Notes under the pieces: generated by a model
Told to the model about the DNA's origin: nothing
Seen by the model: only the letters and a program-made list of their open reading frames with translations
Databases searched by the model: none
Origin: Eubacteriales bacterium
GTDB taxonomy: Bacteria > Bacillota > Clostridia > Oscillospirales > SIG627
Reading direction: 5' to 3'
Assembly (NCBI GenBank): GCA_045536965.1
Contig: JAZSON010000012.1
Location: 83,889 to 147,888, forward strand
DNA length: 64,000 nt
Shown: in pieces, positions 1 through 9,363 of the stretch
Layout of the letters: each line of letters opens with the position of its first letter
Numbering within the stretch: the stretch's first letter is position 1
Translations under genes and position numbers: made by a program

Positions 1-10
1 TGCCACCTGG

Positions 11-1666
11 ATGCCTTACGAGCACGCCGAGCATCCGTACGAAGGATATCAGGGCTCCAATCTCGTGCTTTACGATTACAACACGGGCAAAACACGCGGA
101 CTTGGCATCCTTTCTCCCCACGACACCGTCTACGGTGCTACCTTTGACCCCAAAAACGGCGACTATTTCGCAATCACCTGGATGCGCGGCACGGGTTACG
201 TCTATAATCTTCACACCGGCGAATCAAGATGTCTCGGGCAAGTATCCGATTCCCATACCAGCAGAACCTTTTTGCTGTCCGACGGTCATATATACGGCTC
301 TACCTATTCGGGCGCAATGTTCAGATACAACACCGACATTCGCGACTTGGAATTTCTCGGTGTCAACGCACCGGGGCTCATTCGCCACGCCTGCGAGCAC
401 GACGGCAAGCTGTACTTCACAACAGGTCCCTGTTCTGTGGCAGGCAGAGGACAGATCCTCTATTCGTACGACTTAAAAACCCGAGAAATCAACACTGTCG
501 GAAGACCCGTTCCCGAGGCAGAAGCGATTGACGATAACCCGTCCGTTTTTTACAACGCTTACGGCATGGCTTTTGACAGCAAAGGCGTTTTGTGGTACGG
601 CTGTATGTCGTTTGTCCCCGAGCACAGATACGTCGGCGCAAGACTTTACAGATGGGATTTTCTGCATGGCGAAGAACCTTTCGACTGCGGCTTTATCGGC
701 AGTCCCGAGCGCACCCTGAGCATCACGGCTGAAATGCGGATACACAACGACGTTCTCTATGTATCCGACGGAAACCATACGGGATACTGCGACACGCCCT
801 GCGGCATTTTGGCAATCGACCTTGACGAGTTTGTACCCGCTCTCAAAACAGAAAAGCGTCTTTTATCCCACGACTTCGTCAATTACATTCCCTATCAATA
901 CGAGGCACGCATGTGGTATCCGAAATCGGATTTTGAAGACTGCATGGAAAAATACAACGCCTATTACGAAAACTCCATCCGCTATTTTGCAAAATTCCTT
1001 TCAGACAATTCGCCCCGCCCGAAATTTTCTCACGGTTCGGGTGTAAGCGTCTGGGAAACAGTGGGATTTGCCAACACCGAAATCAAATCGATCGAGTGGA
1101 GATCAAACACCTGTCTCGAATTTGTTTGCGGCAATAAAACCCACCATCTTGTAAAAGCCGAGCTTGATGAAAATTCCGATGCGCACGTGCTTTCGGTCTC
1201 TCCCGTCGAAAAAAGAGCGTACAGCGCCCTCAAGGCAGAGGTGAAAGCAGACCGTCTTCCCTCCGTTCCCGGAAGACGCTATCTTGCCGAGGCGGAAGCG
1301 TCGGTCGCATTAAGCGACGGCTCGGTCATGGTCGGTACGCGTGACACCGTGCTTGCAAAAATCAAGAACGGAAAGATCTTCTCTTTCGGTCAGGTTATTT
1401 CAGCAGGCGGAATTCATTCGCTTGACCTTGCGCCCGACGGCACGGTATGGGGTGTCGCAGGTCACAAGGAAGGCTGCGGCACACTGTTCCGATACACCGA
1501 AGATTGCGGCGTTGAGCTTCTCGGCATCGTTCCCGAAGCGTTTGCCGAAAACGGCAGAAATGTCGCGATATACCGTCCGACCACCGTCGCGGTAAGCCCC
1601 GACGGAAAGCATCTTGCCATAGGCGGTGCAGACGAAATCAGCGGCGTGGTCATTTTTAGAATATAA
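11..1666 (+). CDS. hypothetical repeat protein, probable beta-propeller fold (may be 5'-truncated by the window edge)
   Basis: 551-aa ORF. There is no in-frame stop between nt 2 and the ATG at 11, so it may begin upstream. Recurrent strand/turn segments (YGATFDPKNGDYFAI, VSPDGKHLAIGG) resemble propeller blades. A hairpin terminator follows. Confidence 0.6.
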   Translation: MPYEHAEHPYEGYQGSNLVLYDYNTGKTRGLGILSPHDTVYGATFDPKNGDYFAITWMRGTGYVYNLHTGESRCLGQVSDSHTSRTFLLSDGHIYGSTYSGAMFRYNTDIRDLEFLGVNAPGLIRHACEHDGKLYFTTGPCSVAGRGQILYSYDLKTREINTVGRPVPEAEAIDDNPSVFYNAYGMAFDSKGVLWYGCMSFVPEHRYVGARLYRWDFLHGEEPFDCGFIGSPERTLSITAEMRIHNDVLYVSDGNHTGYCDTPCGILAIDLDEFVPALKTEKRLLSHDFVNYIPYQYEARMWYPKSDFEDCMEKYNAYYENSIRYFAKFLSDNSPRPKFSHGSGVSVWETVGFANTEIKSIEWRSNTCLEFVCGNKTHHLVKAELDENSDAHVLSVSPVEKRAYSALKAEVKADRLPSVPGRRYLAEAEASVALSDGSVMVGTRDTVLAKIKNGKIFSFGQVISAGGIHSLDLAPDGTVWGVAGHKEGCGTLFRYTEDCGVELLGIVPEAFAENGRNVAIYRPTTVAVSPDGKHLAIGGADEISGVVIFRI

Positions 1667-1676
1667 CCTTTCAATA

Positions 1677-1716
1677 AGAGCTGTCGAGCTTTGCGCGGCA
1701 GCTCTTTTTATTTTTC
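1677..1716 (+). terminator. intrinsic terminator
   Basis: Stem AGAGCTG...CAGCTCT followed by TTTTTATTTTT, directly after the stop at 1666. Confidence 0.7.
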
Positions 1717-1760
1717 CCCCCGCCCGTTTTTATAAAAATCACCATTCCCGTTACACCCTC

Positions 1761-1789
1761 TTGATTTATGTTGCCTTTTGATATATAAT
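1761..1789 (+). promoter_or_regulatory. sigma-A type promoter
   Basis: TTGATT (1761-1766), 17-nt spacer, TATAAT (1784-1789), about 30 nt upstream of the ATG at 1820. Confidence 0.55.
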
Positions 1790-1819
1790 AGAGACACGGA
1801 TATTCTCGGGAGGCAACAC

Positions 1820-3280
1820 ATGGAAAAACAAGTCAATACAAGTCAATACAAAGTGCGCGCCCGCTTGCTGAGGGCGGTTTCTTTGTTGTGCGCCCTGCTT
1901 TTCCTGCTTTCCCTTCCGTCCATCCCCGTTTATGCCGAGGAGGACGACACCCTCCCCGTCAAAATAGCCGCACCTGCCGCCGCCGTTATCGACGTTACCA
2001 CGGGTGATTTCCTTTACTTAAAGGACCCCGACACCCGCTATCAGCCGGCAAGCATGACCAAAATACTTGCCGCCTTGGTCGCCATTGAAAACTGCTCCGA
2101 CCTGAATGCCACCGTCACCTTTTCCCGCAACGCCGTCTGGGGCTTTGACCGCAAAAATTCCATCCATCTTTATTTTGACGTCGGTGAACAGATCGCCTTC
2201 AAGGACGTGCTTTGTGCCGTGCTCTTAAAATCCGCCAACGAGGCAACCATGGCAATGGCGGAGTTTACGGTAGATAAGGCAGAGCCCAAAAACACCTATT
2301 CGGGCGAGGAAAAGGTTGCGCGTTTCGTGGAAATGATGAACGAGTGCGCGCGTGAGCTTGGCGCGGTAAACTCGCATTTTACCAATCCCCACGGCTTGCA
2401 GGACGACGCGCAATATACCACGGCGCGCGATCTTTCGCTCATTTTAAGCTACGCCATGAAAAACGACACCTTTGCCGCCATTTCCAAAATGCGCACCCAC
2501 TCCATCCCCCCCACGAACAAGCGGGGTCAGACCTGCAACTTTACAAACGGCAACGATCTTGTTCGCAAGGGTGCGGGTAAAAACTATACGGCACTGGGCG
2601 GACACCAAGGAAAAGCAACCGAAAAATCGGGTGTAAACCTCATCACCTACGCGCAAAATCAAGACGGCGCCAATGTCGTAGCCGTCGTATTAAAGGGTAA
2701 AAACGAGGAAAACGCCTATAACGATACCACGCTTTTGCTCGATCATTATCTCGTCACCTGCACCCGCATGTATATCGACGTTTCTCCCGCATTCGCAGGA
2801 AAATTGCAAATAGAGATCGCAGACAAAAGCGGAATTTCCACCGTCCGCACCGCCACGGTGGAATTCACCCCCATCGCCCACATCATGCCGCGCGACGTCA
2901 CCTTACATAAGCTGACGCATACGGTGCAAACGGTTACGGGACTTACCTTCCCCGTGGAAGAGGGCACGCAGATCGGAAGCGTCACCTGGTACTACAAAGG
3001 AAAGCGGATCGCAGAAACCGCCGTTTTCACAGCCGCCCCCCTCACCGCCGAGGATATTGAAGAGCCGGAGTCCATCAAGCCCGACACCTCCCTTTCGGAC
3101 GTAGAGGAAAGCAACTTTTTGTCGGTTCTGTGGGGGATTTTCAAATGGGTACTTATCATTCTGCTGATCGCAGCACTCATCGTCGTCCTCGGCGGCGGTA
3201 TGTTTATTTTCTTGCAAAAACGAAAAGCGCGCAAGGCACGTGACGCTGCTTTTTGGGAAAGGCATAAGGATAAAAAATGA
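1820..3280 (+). CDS. D-alanyl-D-alanine carboxypeptidase (serine-type, PBP5/S11-like) with signal peptide and C-terminal membrane anchor
   Basis: SxxK motif (ASMTKIL) and SxN motif (KSANEA). Has an N-terminal hydrophobic signal and a C-terminal TM helix followed by a basic tail (KRKARKARD). Start set at ATG 1820, preceded by GGGAGG; the ORF track start at 1778 has no RBS. Confidence 0.85.
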   Translation: MEKQVNTSQYKVRARLLRAVSLLCALLFLLSLPSIPVYAEEDDTLPVKIAAPAAAVIDVTTGDFLYLKDPDTRYQPASMTKILAALVAIENCSDLNATVTFSRNAVWGFDRKNSIHLYFDVGEQIAFKDVLCAVLLKSANEATMAMAEFTVDKAEPKNTYSGEEKVARFVEMMNECARELGAVNSHFTNPHGLQDDAQYTTARDLSLILSYAMKNDTFAAISKMRTHSIPPTNKRGQTCNFTNGNDLVRKGAGKNYTALGGHQGKATEKSGVNLITYAQNQDGANVVAVVLKGKNEENAYNDTTLLLDHYLVTCTRMYIDVSPAFAGKLQIEIADKSGISTVRTATVEFTPIAHIMPRDVTLHKLTHTVQTVTGLTFPVEEGTQIGSVTWYYKGKRIAETAVFTAAPLTAEDIEEPESIKPDTSLSDVEESNFLSVLWGIFKWVLIILLIAALIVVLGGGMFIFLQKRKARKARDAAFWERHKDKK

Positions 3281-3888
3281 ACCTGAAAAAGTTAAACCGC
3301 GGATGTATTCTTTTACTCGCCCTCGTCATCGGCATCGTTATTTATCTGATCGTTTTTAACGCAGGACAAAACGCGACCCGCCGTCAACTGATCGACCTTT
3401 ACGGTCGGTATCTGGAGGCGGAAAAGCCCTTTTTGCTGCTCGACGAAACCGACGATGCCGTTTGGACGAAAAACTGCACCGACGCCCTCTCACCCTTTCT
3501 CTCACAGAATACCGAGGCGGTGAAAAACGTGCAAAAGGATCTTTCGGAAAACCGCAAATATCTGAGATCGGCAGAAAACGGATCGTCCTTTACTTCGTTT
3601 GAAAAGGTGATAAGCGACCGTCCGCCCACCGTAACCACAGAGGGCGACTACGCCTGTTTGGCGATCGCAATAGAAATAAACTACGTTCAAAACGACTACA
3701 CCTCCAAGGAGGTCACCACCAAATACGTTCTCTTTTGCAAGGAAAACGGCGAATGGAAGATCACCGTTCCCGACGGCACCTCTCCCGCCACCCTTTACGG
3801 CAGCGGCAGCTTTTACAACGACTTCTATTACTATGGCACCTCCTACGCAACCGATGCTTTGATAAAGGAGGTCGGTTATGATGCGTGA
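3277..3888 (+). CDS. hypothetical membrane-anchored protein
   Basis: 203-aa ORF with an N-terminal TM helix (ILLLALVIGIVIYLIVF). Its ATGA start overlaps the upstream stop, which suggests translational coupling. Confidence 0.6.
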   Translation: MNLKKLNRGCILLLALVIGIVIYLIVFNAGQNATRRQLIDLYGRYLEAEKPFLLLDETDDAVWTKNCTDALSPFLSQNTEAVKNVQKDLSENRKYLRSAENGSSFTSFEKVISDRPPTVTTEGDYACLAIAIEINYVQNDYTSKEVTTKYVLFCKENGEWKITVPDGTSPATLYGSGSFYNDFYYYGTSYATDALIKEVGYDA

Positions 3889-4807
3889 GGCATCCTTGGT
3901 CATTTCTCACCTCAATAAATCCTTCGGCAAGCGCCACATCATCAAGGATCTTTCGTTAGAAGCACGCGGCGGCGAGATCTTCGGCTTTTTAGGGCCCAAC
4001 GGCGCGGGAAAGACCACCACCATCAAAATGGTTATGGGCTTTTTATTTGCCGACAGCGGCGACATCTTCATCAACGGCATCAACACCAAGACCGATTACG
4101 AAGCTGCCATGGCATCCATCGGCGGTATCGTCGAAAACCCCGAAATGTATAAAAACCTCAGCGGCAGAACCAACCTCGAAATGTACGCCCGCCTCCACGG
4201 CACGCTTGACAAAAAGCGTATCGACGAGGTGGTGGATTTCGTCGGCATGGCCGCCCGCATAAACGACAAGGTCAAAACCTATTCACTCGGCATGAAGCAG
4301 CGTATCGGCGTCGCACAGGCACTCATACACAACCCGGGTGTTCTCATTTTGGACGAACCGACCAACGGACTCGATCCCGCGGGCATCAAAGAGCTTCGCG
4401 ACATCCTTTCCTACCTTGCGCACGAACGCGGAACCGCCGTCATCGTTTCCTCCCACCAGTTAGCCGAAATGGCGCTCATGTGCGACCGCGTCGGTGTCAT
4501 TGAAAACGGTACCCTCCTCGGCGTCGAACCCATCGACACCCTTCTCCTCAAGGTCAAGGGAGAATCGGTCGTGGTAGTGCATACCGACGGTATCCGCGCC
4601 AAAGAAATCCTCGGCGAGCTCCATGCTCCCCGCATCCGCACCGCCACCGAAACCGTATTGCGCCTCGCTGCCGAGCGGGAAGAGATCCCCGCGCTGATCA
4701 ACCTGCTTTGCAGCGGCGGCGCCTCTATCTTTGGCGTAAGCGAAGAAAAGCTGACCCTCGAGGACGCTTATCTTGCTCTGACAAAAGGGGGTGGCTCCAT
4801 TGCGTAG
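3878..4807 (+). CDS. ABC transporter ATP-binding protein (ABC-2 type)
   Basis: Walker A GPNGAGKTT, signature YSLGMKQRIGVAQAL, Walker B VLILDEPTNGLD. GGAGG lies upstream. Confidence 0.9.
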   Translation: MMREASLVISHLNKSFGKRHIIKDLSLEARGGEIFGFLGPNGAGKTTTIKMVMGFLFADSGDIFINGINTKTDYEAAMASIGGIVENPEMYKNLSGRTNLEMYARLHGTLDKKRIDEVVDFVGMAARINDKVKTYSLGMKQRIGVAQALIHNPGVLILDEPTNGLDPAGIKELRDILSYLAHERGTAVIVSSHQLAEMALMCDRVGVIENGTLLGVEPIDTLLLKVKGESVVVVHTDGIRAKEILGELHAPRIRTATETVLRLAAEREEIPALINLLCSGGASIFGVSEEKLTLEDAYLALTKGGGSIA

Positions 4808-6416
4808 ATTCTTCGCCCTCCTGCAAAACGAGCTGATTAAAATATCCAAACGCAAGCTCCTGACCGTTATGCCCATCGTTCTCGCCTGTCTTCTTCTCGG
4901 CATGGCTTCCATCGTCAAGCTTGCAACCTCCTCCGACTACGATTACGGCTGGACGTATTCCGAAGAAGAGGTCGATGAACTGATCAAGGAATATAAAAAC
5001 CACGCCCTCTCCAACCAAACCGCTGTACAACAGGCGATCGAAAGGTGGAAAAATGCCGTTGAAGGATCTCCCGATCCCGAAGACCCCAACTACGAAGGAG
5101 TGGACAGCAACGCTCTTCTCGACGATGTCCGCAATTATACAGAGGAATGGAAATACGCCCTCACCGAGCTTTACACCTACAGGACCATGAAGGAAACGGG
5201 GCATTATCGGGTGGACGACTATTTCCACGATGCAGTTACCCTCCGCGCACTTCTTCAGGCAACAAACGACGTCCTTACACACACCCTTTTCACCTCTCAC
5301 CCCGTACTGCAATCGGCAATCGAAAACCTCTACGCCGATATGTTCCTCCGCATCCAAACTGAGCTTCCCGCCCTGAACACCCTGATGAAAAGCGGTTCTT
5401 ATGCCGATTATATCGCATGGAACAAGACATATCTCAATAACCAAGCCGACATCGACGATTTGGAGGAGCAGCTGCAGCTTTTAGACTACCGCCTGAAGCT
5501 CGATCCCGAGGGCATCCATCACTACGACTACGTCCTTGACAGCATCTTCGAGCTTTTGAAAGACAAAAAAGCGGCGCTCAAGGACGGCTTGGTCACCGAC
5601 ATACAGTCCATCCGTTACGGACAAAAACTGACCGACGAAGAAAAGGAACAGCTTGAAAACGACGTTGCAATTCTCTATTACGCCCTCGAAAACGGTCTTA
5701 TTGACCTTAGCGGCGATGAAACGGGCATCGACGTTCTCCATTCGGTCGGCATGCTGTTGGTCGCCATCACCGTGGTCATTCTCGCCGCCTCCTCCATTGC
5801 CCAGGAGCTTGCCACCGGTTCGATCAAATCCCTCATCATCGCCCCCTGCAAGCGCTGGAAGATCTTTTTTGCCAAGCTATCCTCCCTCGTCATCATCGGC
5901 GCAGGCGGCGTGCTTGCCGTGTGGCTTCTCTCCTTCATTATCAACGCTATGTTCTTCGGTCTCGGAGATACCGCACCGTACATTTTCGCCGCAGGCGGTC
6001 ATGTTTACACCATCCCCTATCCTCTCTTCTCCCTTTTTGTACTGCTGATCGATTACGTGGAGATCCTCACCTACACCCTGTTTGCCCTCATGCTCTCCGC
6101 CGTCACCCGCAGCACCGCCATTTCCACCGGTCTCTCCATCGGTATTTACGGCATCAGCGGTCTTTTGTCCACCATTATCAATCTTTTCAGCTCGGCAGAG
6201 GTGCAAAAATTCATCCCCTTTAACCACTTTGACCTGTCCGACAGAATTTTCTCCTCACGCTCTCTGCTTGTCGGAGGAGACGGTTTGAGCGATATTTTGG
6301 GCAGCGGTTTGCCGGGGGCCGACATCTCCGTCACCTTCTCCCTTGTTTATTTCGCGCTTTTGCTTACGTCTCTTGCCTGGATCGCCTACGACTCCTTTAC
6401 CCGACGCGACATTTAA
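4791..6416 (+). CDS. ABC-2 family permease with a roughly 300-aa extracytoplasmic/coiled N-terminal insert
   Basis: One N-terminal TM helix, a long hydrophilic region, then a C-terminal cluster of about 5 TM helices. It overlaps the ATPase stop. The true start may be the TTG at 4800 instead. Confidence 0.75.
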   Translation: MAPLRRFFALLQNELIKISKRKLLTVMPIVLACLLLGMASIVKLATSSDYDYGWTYSEEEVDELIKEYKNHALSNQTAVQQAIERWKNAVEGSPDPEDPNYEGVDSNALLDDVRNYTEEWKYALTELYTYRTMKETGHYRVDDYFHDAVTLRALLQATNDVLTHTLFTSHPVLQSAIENLYADMFLRIQTELPALNTLMKSGSYADYIAWNKTYLNNQADIDDLEEQLQLLDYRLKLDPEGIHHYDYVLDSIFELLKDKKAALKDGLVTDIQSIRYGQKLTDEEKEQLENDVAILYYALENGLIDLSGDETGIDVLHSVGMLLVAITVVILAASSIAQELATGSIKSLIIAPCKRWKIFFAKLSSLVIIGAGGVLAVWLLSFIINAMFFGLGDTAPYIFAAGGHVYTIPYPLFSLFVLLIDYVEILTYTLFALMLSAVTRSTAISTGLSIGIYGISGLLSTIINLFSSAEVQKFIPFNHFDLSDRIFSSRSLLVGGDGLSDILGSGLPGADISVTFSLVYFALLLTSLAWIAYDSFTRRDI

Positions 6417-6429
6417 TGGCTCAAACAAA

Positions 6430-6470
6430 AAAAGAACAGATTTTCATTGAAAATCTGTTCTTTTTGTTTT
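6430..6470. terminator. bidirectional intrinsic terminator between convergent genes
   Basis: Perfect hairpin AGAACAGATTTT-cattg-AAAATCTGTTCT, flanked by an A-run and a T-run. Confidence 0.8.
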
Positions 6471-6474
6471 GATT

Positions 6475-7392
6475 CTATTTCCCGCCAACGATGCGCTTCG
6501 CTTCCTCGTAGCATTTCTTGCAATAGGCAATATACTCCTCAAGCTGCTTGACTGCATCCTCGCTCCAGAACTGTTCTTCCAGATGGAACGAGCCATCGTA
6601 TCCCTGCTCCAACAAAGCCACGAACAACGGGGTCAAATCTTTGTTGAAACCTTTACCGAGGGGGGCATCGGAAATGTAATTTCCATCCGGCGTTTCATAG
6701 CAATGCTTCTGATAAAAAGACATCGCATTTTCTTTGTTACCACCGAAAGCGTAGGGCAATTCTACCTCGTTTAACCGTTTAAAGGAATAGTAATCCTTGA
6801 TATGTGCGTGAACAATCTTTCCCGCAAACGCCTTGATAACATCGATCGCAGGCTCGTTGACGAAAAGGCTGTTACCGAAATCGGCAACCACTTTGTAATC
6901 CCGATCCAACGCCTCGAAGAAACGCTTGAGCCGTTCAACACCGTTGACCACGATACCTTGAGGCTCGTACACACATTGCACACCGAGGGATGCGGCATAG
7001 TCAAACACTTCACGGCAAACGTAAACGACCGTCGGTAAAACGTCATCAAACGTAACATCGGTTTTAGGATCCACAATGCGAACAAGGGTGTGATGCAAAA
7101 ATTTACAATCGGTAATCCGGCAAATATCTGCATAAAATTTGAGTTCCTCGATTTTCTTCTCGGGATGGATCCAAACGTCGATACCACAGGAAAGACAGCG
7201 CAACTTAACCCCGCGCGCATCGGCATACGCCTTGATCTCTCTTGCGCGTGCAAATGCGTCCTCCTTGGTGGGGAATTTCGAAAACATACTGCTGATCAGC
7301 TCTACCGAATAAAACCCAAGCTCAGCAGCCGAATCAATCGCTTCTTCCACAGATTTTATATAAGGAGGAAATAAAAAATGTCCAAGCTTCAT
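6475..7392 (-). CDS. sugar phosphate isomerase/epimerase-like protein (xylose isomerase-like TIM barrel), tandem paralog 3 of 3
   Basis: 305 aa, opening MKLGHF..PPY..S.EEAID. Its length and conserved blocks match the two upstream paralogs. GAGGTG RBS. Confidence 0.8.
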   Translation of the reverse strand: MKLGHFLFPPYIKSVEEAIDSAAELGFYSVELISSMFSKFPTKEDAFARAREIKAYADARGVKLRCLSCGIDVWIHPEKKIEELKFYADICRITDCKFLHHTLVRIVDPKTDVTFDDVLPTVVYVCREVFDYAASLGVQCVYEPQGIVVNGVERLKRFFEALDRDYKVVADFGNSLFVNEPAIDVIKAFAGKIVHAHIKDYYSFKRLNEVELPYAFGGNKENAMSFYQKHCYETPDGNYISDAPLGKGFNKDLTPLFVALLEQGYDGSFHLEEQFWSEDAVKQLEEYIAYCKKCYEEAKRIVGGK

Positions 7393-7418
7393 ACAAACAC
7401 CTCGTTTGTGTTTTTTCC

Positions 7419-8333
7419 TTATTTTGCTTCAACGATACGCTTTGCCTCCTTGTAGCAACGGTTATAAAAGGCAATACAAGCATTTAATTCCTCGCGGGGA
7501 TCCTCGCTCCAAAACGCATGCTCCAAATGGAAAACACCGTCGTATCCCTGCTCCAGAAGCAAAACAAACAAAGCGACGAAATCATTGACACCCTCGCCTG
7601 CAGGCACGGCAAAAACGTACTGTCCGTCGAGCGTTTCATGGCAACAATTCCGGTAAAAAGCCGCCGCTCTTTCCTTCGAGTTACCGAAGGCATAGGGCAA
7701 AGCGATCTCGTTAAGCCGCCCCGCAAAGCCGCAATCCTTCAAATGCACGTGCGCGATCCTTCCGCGAAACGCCTTGATAAGCTCGGCGGGCGATTCATTC
7801 ACAAAAAGGGTATTGCCAAGATCGGCAACCAACAAAGCCTCCCGATCCAGCGCGTCGAAAAAGCGAAGCAAATTTTTTGCGCCGTTCATAACGTATGCCT
7901 GCGGCTCATAGACGCATTGCACGCCGACGGATGCCGCATAATCAAAAACCTCACGGCAGGCGGGAATGATCCTCGGGAGCGCCTCATCCAAGGGCATCCG
8001 TTTATTTATGTCAAGACAATCGACCACGGTGTGATGTAAAAGCTTGCAATCGGTAATGCGGCAAATATCTGCGTAAAGCTTCAGCTGATCGATTTTCTCT
8101 CTTGCATCCCACGTAAAATCGGCACCGCAGGAAAAGCAGCGCAAAGCGACACCGCGCGCATCAGCATACGCCTTTATTTCTCCCGCGCGGGCAAAAGCAT
8201 CCTCCTTGCTTGAAAAATGCTTAAACATACCGTACGACAGTTCCAAGGAACCCAAGCCCTGCTCGACCGACAGATCGATGGCATCCTCAACGCTTTTGCA
8301 AAACGGCGGAAGATTAAAACACCCAAGCTTCAT
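7419..8333 (-). CDS. sugar phosphate isomerase/epimerase-like protein (xylose isomerase-like TIM barrel), tandem paralog 2 of 3
   Basis: 304 aa from the ATG at 8333 (GAGGTG, 6 nt, ATG). Collinear similarity to both neighbours along its full length, e.g. ...CYKEAKRIVEAK at the C-terminus. Confidence 0.8.
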   Translation of the reverse strand: MKLGCFNLPPFCKSVEDAIDLSVEQGLGSLELSYGMFKHFSSKEDAFARAGEIKAYADARGVALRCFSCGADFTWDAREKIDQLKLYADICRITDCKLLHHTVVDCLDINKRMPLDEALPRIIPACREVFDYAASVGVQCVYEPQAYVMNGAKNLLRFFDALDREALLVADLGNTLFVNESPAELIKAFRGRIAHVHLKDCGFAGRLNEIALPYAFGNSKERAAAFYRNCCHETLDGQYVFAVPAGEGVNDFVALFVLLLEQGYDGVFHLEHAFWSEDPREELNACIAFYNRCYKEAKRIVEAK

Positions 8334-8360
8334 AGAAAACACCTCGTTTGTGTTTTTTCA

Positions 8361-9275
8361 TTATTTTGCTTCAACGATGCGTTTTGCTTCTTCGTAGCAA
8401 CGCTTGCAATAGGCAATATATTCGTCAAGCTGTTCATGCGCATCCTCGCTCCAGAACTGCTCTTCCAAATGGAATACACCGTCGTAGCCCTGCTCTAAGA
8501 GCGCGGCAAACAGAGCGGTAAAGTCATTGACGCCCTCGCCCAGCGGTGCATCCGCAATGTAACTGCCATCGGGCGTTTCGTAGCAATATTTGCGGTAAAA
8601 CAGCTCGGCTTTTTCCTTGGAACCCCCAAACGCATAGGGCAATTTAACCTCGTTGAGCCGGTTGAAAGAATAATAGTCTTTGATATGCACGTGTGCGATC
8701 TTGCCCGCAAATGCCTTGATAATATCCATGGCAGGCGTGTTAACGAAAAGACTGTTACCCAGATCGGCAACCATCTTGGCATCGCGATCCAACGCTTTCA
8801 CAAAACGAACGAGCGGCTCAACACCGTTGATGACCATGCCTTGCGGCTCATACACACACTGCACGCCAAGGGATGCGGCATAGTCGTAAACCTCGCGGCA
8901 AACGGGAACCAACTGCTCAATGGCTTCTTCGTAGGGCATCCGATCATTCACATCTACCCCGCAAACCAAAGTGTGATGCAGGAATTTACAGTCGGTAATT
9001 TTGCAAATATCCGCCAAAAACTTGAGCTCTTCGATTTTTTGCTCGGGGTTTTGCAAAACGTTGAGGCAGTAGGATAGACAACGCAGCTTGATACCGCGTG
9101 CATCAGCATATTCCTTGATCTCTCTTGCGCGGGCAAATGCGTCCTCCTTGGTGGGGAATTTCGAAAACATACCACGGGTCAGCTCTACCGAATAAAACCC
9201 AAGCTTAGCAGCCGAATCAATCGCTTCTTCCGGAGATTTTATATAAGGCGGGAATGCAAAATGTCCGAGTTTCAT
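8361..9275 (-). CDS. sugar phosphate isomerase/epimerase-like protein (xylose isomerase-like TIM barrel), tandem paralog 1 of 3
   Basis: 304 aa from the ATG at 9275 (GAGGTG RBS). Very similar to 6475..7392 (MKLGHF.FPPYIKS.EEAIDSAA.LGFYSVEL...). Confidence 0.8.
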   Translation of the reverse strand: MKLGHFAFPPYIKSPEEAIDSAAKLGFYSVELTRGMFSKFPTKEDAFARAREIKEYADARGIKLRCLSYCLNVLQNPEQKIEELKFLADICKITDCKFLHHTLVCGVDVNDRMPYEEAIEQLVPVCREVYDYAASLGVQCVYEPQGMVINGVEPLVRFVKALDRDAKMVADLGNSLFVNTPAMDIIKAFAGKIAHVHIKDYYSFNRLNEVKLPYAFGGSKEKAELFYRKYCYETPDGSYIADAPLGEGVNDFTALFAALLEQGYDGVFHLEEQFWSEDAHEQLDEYIAYCKRCYEEAKRIVEAK

Positions 9276-9306
9276 AATAAAATACACCTCAAATCGCTGT
9301 TTTTTT

Positions 9307-9336
9307 ATTATACCATATCACAAAAGATCAATGCAA
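9307..9336 (-). promoter_or_regulatory. sigma-A type promoter for the TIM-barrel triplet
   Basis: On the minus strand: TTGCAT, 18-nt spacer, TGgTATAAT (extended -10). Confidence 0.5.
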
Positions 9337-9363
9337 TACACAATTGACACCGCGTCGATTTTT

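Noticed and set aside
7393-8360. Repeated spacer sequence between the TIM-barrel paralogs, considered as a possible CRISPR-like or REP repeat
   Set aside because: There are only two copies. Each contains the RBS of the downstream paralog and is explained by tandem gene duplication. No repeat-spacer periodicity exists anywhere in the window.
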